Assembly (NCBI GenBank): GCA_041752595.1
Contig: JBGSWE010000009.1
Coordinates: 1-48,870, forward strand
DNA from: Candidatus Saccharimonadales bacterium
GTDB taxonomy: Bacteria; Patescibacteriota; Saccharimonadia; Saccharimonadales; JACDBH01
Direction of reading: 5' to 3'
DNA: 48,870 bases
Of the stretch, positions 1 to 8,930 are shown one piece after another. The notes beneath the pieces are model-generated. The model was not told the origin of the DNA. It saw nothing but the letters and a program-made list of their open reading frames with translations, and ran no database searches. Position numbers and translations under genes: made by a program. The number at the start of each line of letters is the position of its first letter. Positions within the stretch are counted from its first letter, which is position 1.

Positions 1-711
1 GTTAGCGACATTCAATCACAGGGCGGTCGGCATTCTGGTTGTAGAATGGCAATGGATGCAAAAAACAATTTATGGATAGGTACTGGTGATTCTGCCCTAA
101 GTTCTGCGCCGCAAGATCCTAAATCACTAGCCGGTAAGGTGCTAAGAGTTGATAGAAACGGCAAAGCAGTCACCGGCAACTTAAGCGCCCCGTTTGACAC
201 AAGAATTTACAATTTTGGACATAGAAACATACAGGGCATAGTGCTACTTAATGCACCTCTAGAAAACGGCGCAATCGGACTAACCAGTGAACACGGTACC
301 GACAAACAAGACGAAGTAAACTGGTTATTGCCCGGTAATTTTGGTTGGGATCCAAAAACAACTAAAAATACCTATAACGAAACAGCCGCTATGACTGATA
401 AACAGAAATATCCTGACGCAATTAGCGCAGTTTGGAATTCTGGCGAATCAACAGTAGCAGTTTCTGGTATGACATTGCTAACTTCTGAACGCTGGAAATT
501 ATGGGGTGGCTGGCTTGCTATGGCCACATTAAAAGGCGAACACGTTCGAATGCTTCAAATTAACGGCGATGGTTCAGTGGTAAATGATAAAAAAATTCTA
601 TCTAATTTTGGCCGTATTAGGACAGTTGTTGAGGCGCCAAACGGCGATATGTTTTTGGCTACTGACAACGGTAAGGGTGACGATAAGATTGTTCGCGTGA
701 TCCCTGAATAA
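1..711 (+). CDS. PQQ-dependent sugar (glucose/sorbosone) dehydrogenase family beta-propeller, 5' truncated by window edge
   Basis: Frame is open from base 1 (VSDIQSQGGRHSGCRM...). Motifs WIGTGD, AQDPKSLAGKVLR-like, GHRNIQG, EHG..DEVN..PGNFGW and GRIRTV match the GSDH family. Confidence 0.85.
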   Translation, partial: VSDIQSQGGRHSGCRMAMDAKNNLWIGTGDSALSSAPQDPKSLAGKVLRVDRNGKAVTGNLSAPFDTRIYNFGHRNIQGIVLLNAPLENGAIGLTSEHGTDKQDEVNWLLPGNFGWDPKTTKNTYNETAAMTDKQKYPDAISAVWNSGESTVAVSGMTLLTSERWKLWGGWLAMATLKGEHVRMLQINGDGSVVNDKKILSNFGRIRTVVEAPNGDMFLATDNGKGDDKIVRVIPE

Positions 712-713
712 AT

Positions 714-779
714 AGAAAAAACCGGTCGATATACAAAATTGCGAGCATGAGCTCAAGCGAAGTTTGTAACCTGACCGGT
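714..779 (-). terminator. Long imperfect hairpin with T-run on the minus strand; probable terminator between convergent units
   Basis: ACCGGTC (721-727) pairs with GACCGGT (773-779); inner TACAAA/TTTGTA and GAGC/GCTC pairs; A-run at 716-721 gives a U-tail on the minus strand. Confidence 0.6.
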
Positions 780-905
780 ATAGTTTTGTTTGGTTTGTAC
801 CTTGTTTTGTTGGATTTCCTAAGCAAATGCCTAGAAAGTTTAAGTGTTTGTTTTGGTGGTTAGGAATTAGGGAGTTGATGTTTGGATTTGTTTAACCCTG
901 TGATT

Positions 906-931
906 CTTGAAGTTTGACTTCAAGTTTTTTT
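906..931 (+). terminator. Hairpin plus T7, intrinsic-terminator-like, nested in a larger stem (894-951)
   Basis: CTTGAAG-tttga-CTTCAAG followed by TTTTTTT. Confidence 0.4.
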
Positions 932-969
932 GACTTTCATCACCGCGGGTTTTTTGGTTCTTCTAATTG

Positions 970-1182
970 TTATTTGTCTCTGATGTAGTTCAGTAGTCCT
1001 ATCAATGCGGTCATTGATAAAACACTGATGGCAAACATCAAAAACATCAAAAGGATTCCTCTTGCAACGTCGTTGTCGAAAAGGATCATCCCTACGATGA
1101 AGAAGACGAACAATCCAACTGAAAGGAGCGTCATTGCTGCGGCAGCAATTGTTGTCATCCACAAAACATTTTTATTATTCAT
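970..1182 (-). CDS. Small two-TM hydrophobic protein (70 aa)
   Basis: AAGGAG precedes the ATG at 1182 (MNNKNVLW...); two long hydrophobic stretches; consensus promoter upstream. Confidence 0.7.
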   Translation of the reverse strand: MNNKNVLWMTTIAAAAMTLLSVGLFVFFIVGMILFDNDVARGILLMFLMFAISVLSMTALIGLLNYIRDK

Positions 1183-1248
1183 CTCAACTACTCCTTCCAT
1201 GGAGGGTTTTTGGTTGGGGCGAAATTTGGTAAGGTACTACCGAAGGCG

Positions 1249-1277
1249 ATTATACCAACTAGTCAACATATTGTCAA
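1249..1277 (-). promoter_or_regulatory. Consensus sigma70 promoter with extended -10
   Basis: Minus strand TTGACA-17 nt-TATAAT, with TG-G before the -10. Confidence 0.85.
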
Positions 1278-1340
1278 GGCTACAACAACAGGCATTATAA
1301 CTTTTGGCAATTTAACTCACCTCTGTTAATATATTGCTAT

Positions 1341-3227
1341 ATGACAGCACAAGAAATCAGAAACTCATATTTGGAGTTTTTTAAAGAGCGAGGACACTCT
1401 GTAATACCACGAGCTAAGTTGGTACCAGACAATGACCCAACTACCTTGTTTACCGGATCTGGAATGCAGCCGTTAATCCCATATCTGTTAGGTGAAAAAC
1501 ACCAGAACGGAACAAGATTAACAGATAGCCAAACATGTTTAAGAGCTGATGATATTGAAGAAATTGGCGATAATCGTCATACAACGTTTTTTGAAATGTT
1601 AGGAAACTGGAGTTTGGGCGATTATTTTAAAGCCGAACAATTGCCATGGTTTTGGGAGTTCTTAACGGCTGTAGTTGGACTAGACCCTAATAAACTCTAT
1701 GTTAGTTGTTATAGCGGAGACGAGAGTCTTGGCATACCAAAAGACACAGAATCAGCAGAAATTTGGAAAAATCTGTTCAAAAATGCTGGAATTGAAGCCG
1801 AAGAAGCCGAAATGAAATCAGAAAAAGACGGCTACGAAATTGGAATGAAGCCGGGCCAGCGCATATTTTATTACCGCGACAAAAACTGGTGGAGCAGAAA
1901 CGGTGCACCCGAAAACATGCCTACTGGCGAACCAGGTGGCCCAGATTCTGAAGTGTTTTTTGATCTTGGAACAGAACACGACGAGTCGTATGGAAGATTA
2001 TGTCACCCCAACTGTGACTGTGGCCGTTGGCTAGAAGTTGGTAACTCTGTATTTATGCAATACGTCAAAAATGAGCAAGGTGGTTTTGATGAACTTAAAC
2101 AAAAAAACGTTGATTTTGGTGGTGGTCTAGAGCGTATCGCCCAAGCGGCTATAAACTCGCCTGATATGTTTAAAATAAGTTTACTTTGGCCAATTATTGA
2201 GAAAGTGTCGCAAATATCAGGAAAGCCATATGATGATAACACTGTAGAAATGCGTGTAATTGCTGATCATTTACGTGGTGCAATGTTCCTAGCGGTTGAT
2301 GGTGTTAGGCCTAGCAACAAACAGCAAGGTTACGTAATGCGCCGATTAATGCGCCGGGCAATTTTGAAAGCTTTTCATTTGGGAATTGAGCAGAATTTTG
2401 TACAAGAGATAGCGCCAGTAATTGCCGAGCTTTATCGTGATGATTTCCCTGAACTTTTACAAAACGAAGATGAAGTAGTTAGTGTACTAGTAAAAGAAGA
2501 AAAAGCTTTTAAACAAACTTTACGCAAGGGTCTACGTGAATTCGAAAAACGCTCTGAAGATGGTATTACTGGCGACGAAGTGTTTACTCTTTATGACACT
2601 TATGGATTCCCAGTAGAACTAAGTGTTGAAGAGGCTCAAAAACAACAAATAGAAATGTCAAAAGATTGGCAAAATGAGTTTGATTCAAAAATGAAAGAAC
2701 AACGAGAGCGTAGCCAAACCGCTTCTAAAGGCACTTTCAAGGGCGGGTTAGGCGGACAAACGCTACAACATAAGAAATATCACACCGCGACCCATCTAAT
2801 GTACCAGGCGCTTAGAAACGTTTTGGGCGACCATGTTATCCAGCGGGGTAGTAATATCACTGAAGAACGACTGCGTTTTGATTTTAGTCATCCAGAAAAA
2901 GTAACCAAAGAGCAACTCGATGAAGTTGAAAAAATTGTTAATGAACAAATTGGACTAGATTTAAAAGTAAGCTACGAAGAATACCCAACTAAAGTAGCTA
3001 CCGAAGAAAAAGGTGCCTTGGGTCAGTTTGGTGACAGATACGGTGATACCGTTAAGGTCTATAAAATGATTGCTGATGGCGCTGACAAACCATTTAGTTT
3101 TGAAATATGTGGTGGTCCGCATGTTGATCATACCTTGCAACTTTTTGAGGATGGAAAGAAGTTTAATATAATCAAAGAAGAAGCCAGTTCGTCTGGAATA
3201 AGGCGCATCAAAGCCGTACTAAAATAA
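1341..3227 (+). CDS. alaS: Alanine--tRNA ligase, short form without C-Ala domain
   Basis: DPTTLFTGSGMQP, HTTFFEMLGNWSLGDYFK, VDFGGGLER, LYDTYGFP; editing motifs HTATH and CGGPH; ends at GIRRIKA. Confidence 0.97.
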   Translation: MTAQEIRNSYLEFFKERGHSVIPRAKLVPDNDPTTLFTGSGMQPLIPYLLGEKHQNGTRLTDSQTCLRADDIEEIGDNRHTTFFEMLGNWSLGDYFKAEQLPWFWEFLTAVVGLDPNKLYVSCYSGDESLGIPKDTESAEIWKNLFKNAGIEAEEAEMKSEKDGYEIGMKPGQRIFYYRDKNWWSRNGAPENMPTGEPGGPDSEVFFDLGTEHDESYGRLCHPNCDCGRWLEVGNSVFMQYVKNEQGGFDELKQKNVDFGGGLERIAQAAINSPDMFKISLLWPIIEKVSQISGKPYDDNTVEMRVIADHLRGAMFLAVDGVRPSNKQQGYVMRRLMRRAILKAFHLGIEQNFVQEIAPVIAELYRDDFPELLQNEDEVVSVLVKEEKAFKQTLRKGLREFEKRSEDGITGDEVFTLYDTYGFPVELSVEEAQKQQIEMSKDWQNEFDSKMKEQRERSQTASKGTFKGGLGGQTLQHKKYHTATHLMYQALRNVLGDHVIQRGSNITEERLRFDFSHPEKVTKEQLDEVEKIVNEQIGLDLKVSYEEYPTKVATEEKGALGQFGDRYGDTVKVYKMIADGADKPFSFEICGGPHVDHTLQLFEDGKKFNIIKEEASSSGIRRIKAVLK

Positions 3228-3238
3228 ACGAGGTAAAT

Positions 3239-3973
3239 ATGGATAAAAGTGGTAACCCTGCATTAAAACCATCAGCTCTAGACAGGCTGAGATTACTGGA
3301 ATCTTCTGACACTGCAACTGTTGGTGGAACAATCTTCAAAACTCTAATTTTGTTTGCGTTTGTAATCATCGGTGCATTTTTAGGCTGGAGAATGGCTGCA
3401 AATAATGCCGAAAGCCTAGGTCTTGTTTTGATAAGCTCTAGTATCGGTGGAATGATATTAGGTTTTACAACAATTTTTGTTCCCAAAATATCGCCCTTTA
3501 CTTCACCGGTTTACTCATTAGTTCAAGGTATTTTGCTAGGAGCTATTTCTCAAATCCTCAACACCGAATATGACGGTATAGCAATTCAGGCCTTGCTGTT
3601 AACGGGTGGCGTTTTTGTAAGTGTATTGTTTTTATACTCCAGTAGAATCGTAAAAGTTACTGCAAAATTACGTGCAGTTGTTCTAATTGCTACCCTAGCG
3701 ATCGCGCTTTATTATGTTACTGCTTTTATAGCAAGTCTGTTTGGATCAAGTCTTCCGCTTATCTATGACGGAGGAACTTTTGGGATAATATTTAGTTTGA
3801 TTGTTGTTTTTGTGGCGGCACTTAATTTGTTACTAGATTTTGATTTTATCGAAAGAACAGCTGCCTCTGGGATGCCTAAATTATTTGAATGGTACGGCGC
3901 GTTTTCCCTGATGGTCACATTAATCTGGCTTTATATTGAAATACTCCGTTTGCTAGCAAAAATACGACGATAG
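3239..3973 (+). CDS. Bax inhibitor-1/YccA family membrane protein
   Basis: About 7 TM segments; LNLLLDFDFIE and EWYGAFSLMVTLIWLYIEILRLL. Confidence 0.9.
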   Translation: MDKSGNPALKPSALDRLRLLESSDTATVGGTIFKTLILFAFVIIGAFLGWRMAANNAESLGLVLISSSIGGMILGFTTIFVPKISPFTSPVYSLVQGILLGAISQILNTEYDGIAIQALLLTGGVFVSVLFLYSSRIVKVTAKLRAVVLIATLAIALYYVTAFIASLFGSSLPLIYDGGTFGIIFSLIVVFVAALNLLLDFDFIERTAASGMPKLFEWYGAFSLMVTLIWLYIEILRLLAKIRR

Positions 3974-4061
3974 TACAAAAGCAGAATTACTCAAACTAAT
4001 CATTAGCAAAATGATGATTTACAGAGTAAAATAGAAATAATAAGTTAAAAAAGGTCTCGCA

Positions 4062-4376
4062 ATGTCACTCGACGCTTTTTTGTTTATTAGTCATGAAGAT
4101 GGTGCACCGCACTGTGAACTAAGACATGTCCCAGAAACAGGTGCGCTTGCAGTTCAAGAAGTTGCGGAGTTGGAGTACCTCGAACATCAGTTGCTTGAGG
4201 CTGGCGAAGAAACAGAGCCAATGATTGGTACAACAGCAGTAAGACTAGATGTTGAACAACTTGAAGTATTGCAAGAAGTGGGGCTATTTTGTGATGTGTA
4301 TACTATTGCTGACCCTTCTGAGTTAGGTGTTGATTCGATAGAAGATCATTTTATCAGCGGTACAAGCCTGATTTAG
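4062..4376 (+). CDS. Hypothetical acidic protein (104 aa)
   Basis: Fills the gap; AAAGG upstream; no motif recognised. Confidence 0.65.
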   Translation: MSLDAFLFISHEDGAPHCELRHVPETGALAVQEVAELEYLEHQLLEAGEETEPMIGTTAVRLDVEQLEVLQEVGLFCDVYTIADPSELGVDSIEDHFISGTSLI

Positions 4377-4406
4377 GCTAAGTTTCCGTGGTACAATATT
4401 ACGGAT

Positions 4407-5696
4407 ATGCTTAAGAAATTTAAGAGGCCTTCATTTGGTCGTTCAAAACAGACCGCAGCTGACGAAAGTCAGTACATTATTGGTCTGGATATCGGTACAG
4501 AGAATGTTAAAGCCCTAATTGGGCGTGCAAAAGGTGACAGTATTGAGATAGTTGGCGTTGGAAGAGCACGTCAGCATCTGGCTGACATGCAGGCAGGGGC
4601 AATTGCCGACATTGCATCTGTAGTTAACAATTGTGATGAAGCTCTAGCTCAAGCCGAAAAAATGGCAGGAGTATCTGTTAAAAACACGGTTATTGGAATC
4701 GCAGGTGAACTCGTAAAAGGTACTACAACAACAGTTAAATTTACTCGAAAAGAACCAAGCAAGCCGTTAGATATGCCTGAAATTGAACGAATTATTAGTA
4801 TGGTTCAATCTCGTGCACTTGAAAAAGCCAAGGCGCAACTAGCATGGGAACTTGGCGGTAAAGAAGTTGAGATTAGGTTAGTAAACAGTGCACTTGTTAG
4901 TATTACAATTGATAGTTATGTTGTTAGCAGTCCCCTAGGTTTTCAGGGAAGAGATGTGTTGATTCAGCTCTATACTGCATTTGCGCCACTGATTCATATT
5001 GGTGCATTAGAGCGAACATCTACCGAGCTTGAACTTAACTTGCTAGCTGTTGCCGCTGAGCCATTCGCTGTTGCAAGAAGTGTAATTGGCAACGATCCTA
5101 ACGCAAATCTAAATGCGATATTGATGGACGTTGGCGGTGGAACTACAGACATTGCGGTATTAAACGAGGGTGGAGTAGAAGGTACAAAAATGTTTGGAAT
5201 TGGTGGGCGAGCATTCACAAAATCTATCGAAAGAGATTTATCAACCAACTTCGAACAAGCCGAAATATTAAAACTTGCAGTTGATTCTAGTAAAGTTCCT
5301 CAGCACAAAAACGAGCAAGTAAAAGACGCACTTAAAAAGACACTAGATGTTTGGACATCAGGTGTTGAGCTGGCTTTGGGCGAATACACTAAGCTTGACC
5401 ATCTACCACACAGAATATTGCTTTGTGGCGGTGGTTCGTCGTTACAAATGCTCATGGACGTATTAGCTGAAAGTAGTTGGTATTCAACCTTACCATTTAC
5501 ACGTAAACCCGTTGTGCAACATATTGAACCCGAACAGGTTGTTGGTATTGTTGACAAAACGGGCGCCGTCACAGACCATACATACATAACTGCAATGGGA
5601 TTACTAAGAGTTGGACTCGATACACTAAACCAACAGAATCCCGAACACAGTGCTTCATCAATCAAAGAAAGAATAAACAGGTTACTAAGCGTTTAA
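4407..5696 (+). CDS. FtsA-like actin-superfamily ATPase
   Basis: GLDIGT, AAEPFA, MDVGGGTTDIA, AEILK, LCGGGS; FtsA-like SHS2 insertion; no adjacent ftsZ. Confidence 0.85.
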   Translation: MLKKFKRPSFGRSKQTAADESQYIIGLDIGTENVKALIGRAKGDSIEIVGVGRARQHLADMQAGAIADIASVVNNCDEALAQAEKMAGVSVKNTVIGIAGELVKGTTTTVKFTRKEPSKPLDMPEIERIISMVQSRALEKAKAQLAWELGGKEVEIRLVNSALVSITIDSYVVSSPLGFQGRDVLIQLYTAFAPLIHIGALERTSTELELNLLAVAAEPFAVARSVIGNDPNANLNAILMDVGGGTTDIAVLNEGGVEGTKMFGIGGRAFTKSIERDLSTNFEQAEILKLAVDSSKVPQHKNEQVKDALKKTLDVWTSGVELALGEYTKLDHLPHRILLCGGGSSLQMLMDVLAESSWYSTLPFTRKPVVQHIEPEQVVGIVDKTGAVTDHTYITAMGLLRVGLDTLNQQNPEHSASSIKERINRLLSV

Positions 5697-5700
5697 AATT

Positions 5701-7389
5701 ATGGCTGCAACAAATAAAGAAACCATTTATATTGACGTAGATGATGAAATTACCTCAATTATTGAGAAAGTTAAGTCAAGCAACAGTAAAATAGTTGCAT
5801 TAGTTCTGCCCAAAAGAGCTACCGTGCTTCAGAGTGTAGTGAATATGAAGCTGCTAAAAAAAGCTGGTGTTAGTACAAAGAAAAACATAGTTTTAATTAC
5901 TTCAGAAAAGGGCCTAATGCCACTCGCTGGTGTTGCTGGACTTTATGTAGCCAAAAGTTTACAGAGTAAGCCTGTTATTCCACCGCCTCCAATTATTCCA
6001 GGCGAAGAAACAACAGAAACTCCAACCATTAATGACGACGAAGCTGTAATAGATAAATCCGCATCAATTGGTGTACTTGCAGCTGCTGCCGCAATAAATA
6101 ACGATGATGATACTGAAACTATCGAGCTTGATAATATTGATACTGACGTGGATTCTGTCGTGGCAGCGCCTTTAAAGCCTAAGAAGAACAAGCGACTTAG
6201 AGTGCCAAATTTTGAACGTTTTAGACTGGGCTTCTTTTTGGCTGGGTTGGGTGTAGTGCTGCTAATTGTTTTTTGGTACGTGGCTGCCTTTATATTGCCT
6301 AAGGCTAATGTGACTATTACAACTAGTACATCTTCTACGGTGAGCTCTTTCGACTTTTTAGCTAGTACAACATCTGAACTAGATGTAGATAACCGCAAAA
6401 TACCTGCAATCCAAAAAAATCTAATTAAAACTGATACCGAAAAGGTTAAAGCCACTGGTCAAAAAGACCTTGGTACAAAATCTGAAGGCGAAGTGACGTT
6501 ATCAATACCGTGCTCTAGCGTTACTGGTAGCCCGCCAACCGTGCCGTCTGGAACCGCTGTCAGTACTGGCGGACTAAACTTTATCACTCAAGATTCCGCG
6601 ACATTAAATGAGGCTGCTTTTAGCCCATGTCGGTTCACAAAGAGAGTTGACGTATTGGCATCACAAAATGGTGAAGGCGGAAACATAGCTAGTGGTAAAA
6701 CCTTTGCAGTAGCTGGCTACTCATCTATAACTGGCTCAAATTCTGCGGAATTTACTGGTGGAACAAGTAAAATCGTAAAAGTAATAAGCCAAAAAGACAT
6801 TGATGATGCAACTATAACTATCAAGACACGTATTTCTGGACAGGTAAATAGCGAACTTAGTTCTGAGCTTGAAACAGATGGCTTATTTGCTCTTACTGAA
6901 ACTCAAAAAGAAGCCGAAGCAAAAGTAACTGCAGTTCCTGCGCTCGACCAAGAGGCCGAAGAAACTACAGTAACGGTTGAGACTTCATTCTCCATGTTAG
7001 GTATTAATCGTGACGACTTAAATCTACTAATTCTCAAAGATGTAGAAGGTGAAGAAACCTTAAAAGGCAAAAAAGTAACTGATAACGGTATCGACCAATC
7101 AATAATGCGGATAAACAATCAGCCAAGTCCAACAGAGGCATTTATAAGCTTCAGAACCTCTGTTACTGCTGGGCCTGAAATAGACGAAATAGCAATCAAA
7201 GAAAACATTGCAGGCAAAAAGCGTGGTGAGGCTGAGACTTATATTAAATCTCAGCCCGGTGTTCAGGATGCTATAATTGAATATAGTCCGTTTTGGGTAT
7301 ACACAACACCTAAGTCAACCGATAAAATTACGATAATTATTGAAAAGAGTAGTGATCAGTCATCTGACGACACAAATAGTAATGAGTAA
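5701..7389 (+). CDS. Single-TM protein with extracytoplasmic baseplate J/gp47-like region
   Basis: N-terminal IYIDVDDEITSII domain, acidic linker, one TM (FFLAGLGVVLLIVFWYVAAFIL), then GEVTL..VPSGTAV..F.TQ..VDVLA...GEGGNI..FTGGT resembling baseplate-J-like proteins. Confidence 0.7.
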   Translation: MAATNKETIYIDVDDEITSIIEKVKSSNSKIVALVLPKRATVLQSVVNMKLLKKAGVSTKKNIVLITSEKGLMPLAGVAGLYVAKSLQSKPVIPPPPIIPGEETTETPTINDDEAVIDKSASIGVLAAAAAINNDDDTETIELDNIDTDVDSVVAAPLKPKKNKRLRVPNFERFRLGFFLAGLGVVLLIVFWYVAAFILPKANVTITTSTSSTVSSFDFLASTTSELDVDNRKIPAIQKNLIKTDTEKVKATGQKDLGTKSEGEVTLSIPCSSVTGSPPTVPSGTAVSTGGLNFITQDSATLNEAAFSPCRFTKRVDVLASQNGEGGNIASGKTFAVAGYSSITGSNSAEFTGGTSKIVKVISQKDIDDATITIKTRISGQVNSELSSELETDGLFALTETQKEAEAKVTAVPALDQEAEETTVTVETSFSMLGINRDDLNLLILKDVEGEETLKGKKVTDNGIDQSIMRINNQPSPTEAFISFRTSVTAGPEIDEIAIKENIAGKKRGEAETYIKSQPGVQDAIIEYSPFWVYTTPKSTDKITIIIEKSSDQSSDDTNSNE

Positions 7390-7804
7390 TTATGTACTTT
7401 GTTTAGATGTAGGAGAGCGCCGCATAGGTATTGCCCTTGCCTCTACAATTGCACGTTTACCAGCACCCTTAACTACGATTGATAGAAATCAAGAGACAGA
7501 TGTGTATGAGACGATTAGCCAAATTACAAAAAGCGAAGACGTAAGCGTTGTAGTAGTTGGTTTACCCAGGGGCATGCAAGGCCAAGAAACAAAGCAAACA
7601 ATAATTTCAAGACAATTTGCTCAAAAACTAAGCGAAGCAATATCTGTCCCGATTGTTATGCAAGACGAGGCGGGCACTTCATTAGAGGCTGAACGTATAC
7701 TAAAAGAGCGTGGCAAAGCATATGAAAAGGGTGATATAGATGCAGAAGCAGCTACAATAATTCTAAGAGATTACTTAAATCAAATTACGGAACATAGTTC
7801 ATGA
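7382..7804 (+). CDS. ruvX: YqgF/RuvX family nuclease
   Basis: LDVGERRIGIA, VVGLP, QDEAGTS, IDAEAATIIL; ATG at 7382 overlaps the upstream gene end. Confidence 0.92.
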   Translation: MSNYVLCLDVGERRIGIALASTIARLPAPLTTIDRNQETDVYETISQITKSEDVSVVVVGLPRGMQGQETKQTIISRQFAQKLSEAISVPIVMQDEAGTSLEAERILKERGKAYEKGDIDAEAATIILRDYLNQITEHSS

Positions 7805-8844
7805 AACAATATAAGTTTGGTATTAGAAACAAAAGCAAATGGCAAAAGATGTTGCTGTTTGCAGTTGTGTTACTTGTTGTTGCTGCGGCCGCTGGTTTTG
7901 TGGGAATTAAATCGCTCTACACGAATAACTTACAAGCAGTTAACTCAAACTCAAACGAAGAAATTCTCTTTTTATTAGAAAGTGGAGCTACAGCACCTCA
8001 AATATCCCAAAAATTGAAAGAAAAAAACTTAATTAGATCTACTGCCGCGTTTGAACAATATGTCCGTACTAATGAGCTTGGCCAAGAGTTTAAGGCCGGC
8101 ACTTATTTGCTAAAACAGTCACAAGACGTTGCTAGCATAGTTGCTGTACTTACCGAAGGAAGGGTCGCTGCTAACTTGTTTACAATATTGCCAGGTAAAA
8201 ATCTTGAGAAAATCAAAAACTCCTTTGTTGAAAAAGGATTTACTGAATTAGAAGTTGTTGAAGCCCTTAATCCAGCAAACTATTTGGGTCACCCGGCACT
8301 TGTCGACAAGCCAGTAGAGGCAAATCTAGAGGGTTATTTATATCCAGATTCTTATGAATTTTTGCTAGGAACTACAAAACCAGAAACAATTATTAGGCAA
8401 TCATTAGATGAAATGGCGGAGGCACTTAGCCCTGAAGTAAGAGCTGGTATTGCAGCCCAGGGTTTGAGTGTTTATCAGGGAATTATACTAGCCTCAATTG
8501 TTGAACGAGAAGTTGGGGCAGTGGATAGCAATGGAGTACCTAGTGATAATCGCCAAAAGGCAGCCCAAGTATTTTTAAAACGTATTAGAGAAGGTATTAA
8601 ACTAGAGTCAAACACAACCGATGATTTTCCGGCAGAATATAACACCTATAAAATAGTTGGTTTTCCACCTACACCTGTTAGTAATGTTACCTCAAACTCA
8701 TTGCAGGCAGTTGTATCCCCGGCAGATTCAAACTATCTGTTTTTTGTATCAGGAACAGACTGTGTAACAAGATTTAGTGAGACTATTCAGCAACAAGAAT
8801 CCAATATAGAACAATATGGGGTTGCAACCAACTGCAACGGATAG
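7801..8844 (+). CDS. mltG: Endolytic transglycosylase MltG (YceG family)
   Basis: N-terminal TM, KAGTY, LEGYLYPDSY, LASIVERE (catalytic Glu), YNTY..GFPPTPVSN, YLFFV. Confidence 0.92.
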   Translation: MKQYKFGIRNKSKWQKMLLFAVVLLVVAAAAGFVGIKSLYTNNLQAVNSNSNEEILFLLESGATAPQISQKLKEKNLIRSTAAFEQYVRTNELGQEFKAGTYLLKQSQDVASIVAVLTEGRVAANLFTILPGKNLEKIKNSFVEKGFTELEVVEALNPANYLGHPALVDKPVEANLEGYLYPDSYEFLLGTTKPETIIRQSLDEMAEALSPEVRAGIAAQGLSVYQGIILASIVEREVGAVDSNGVPSDNRQKAAQVFLKRIREGIKLESNTTDDFPAEYNTYKIVGFPPTPVSNVTSNSLQAVVSPADSNYLFFVSGTDCVTRFSETIQQQESNIEQYGVATNCNG

Positions 8845-8853
8845 CTACATGCA

Positions 8854-8883
8854 TTGACTACTAATGTATATGCTTGATACAAT
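8854..8883 (+). promoter_or_regulatory. sigma70 promoter of the first LysM-CHAP gene
   Basis: TTGACT-18 nt-TACAAT with TG-A extended -10. Confidence 0.65.
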
Positions 8884-8930
8884 TACTTCTAGCTTTTTGG
8901 ATTTTTAACTACTTATATAAAGGTTTATCT

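Noticed and set aside
781..900. G/T-rich tract as CRISPR array or tandem repeat
   Set aside because: No repeated unit of constant length or spacer pattern, and no cas genes.
920..1300. Alternative ORFs 920-1162(-) and 1028-1300(+)
   Set aside because: They overlap the better supported 970-1182 ORF, which has a promoter, SD and coherent TM pattern.
8874..8930. TTG start at 8874 given by the ORF track
   Set aside because: It overlaps the extended -10 element (8875-8883), so it would lie upstream of the transcription start.
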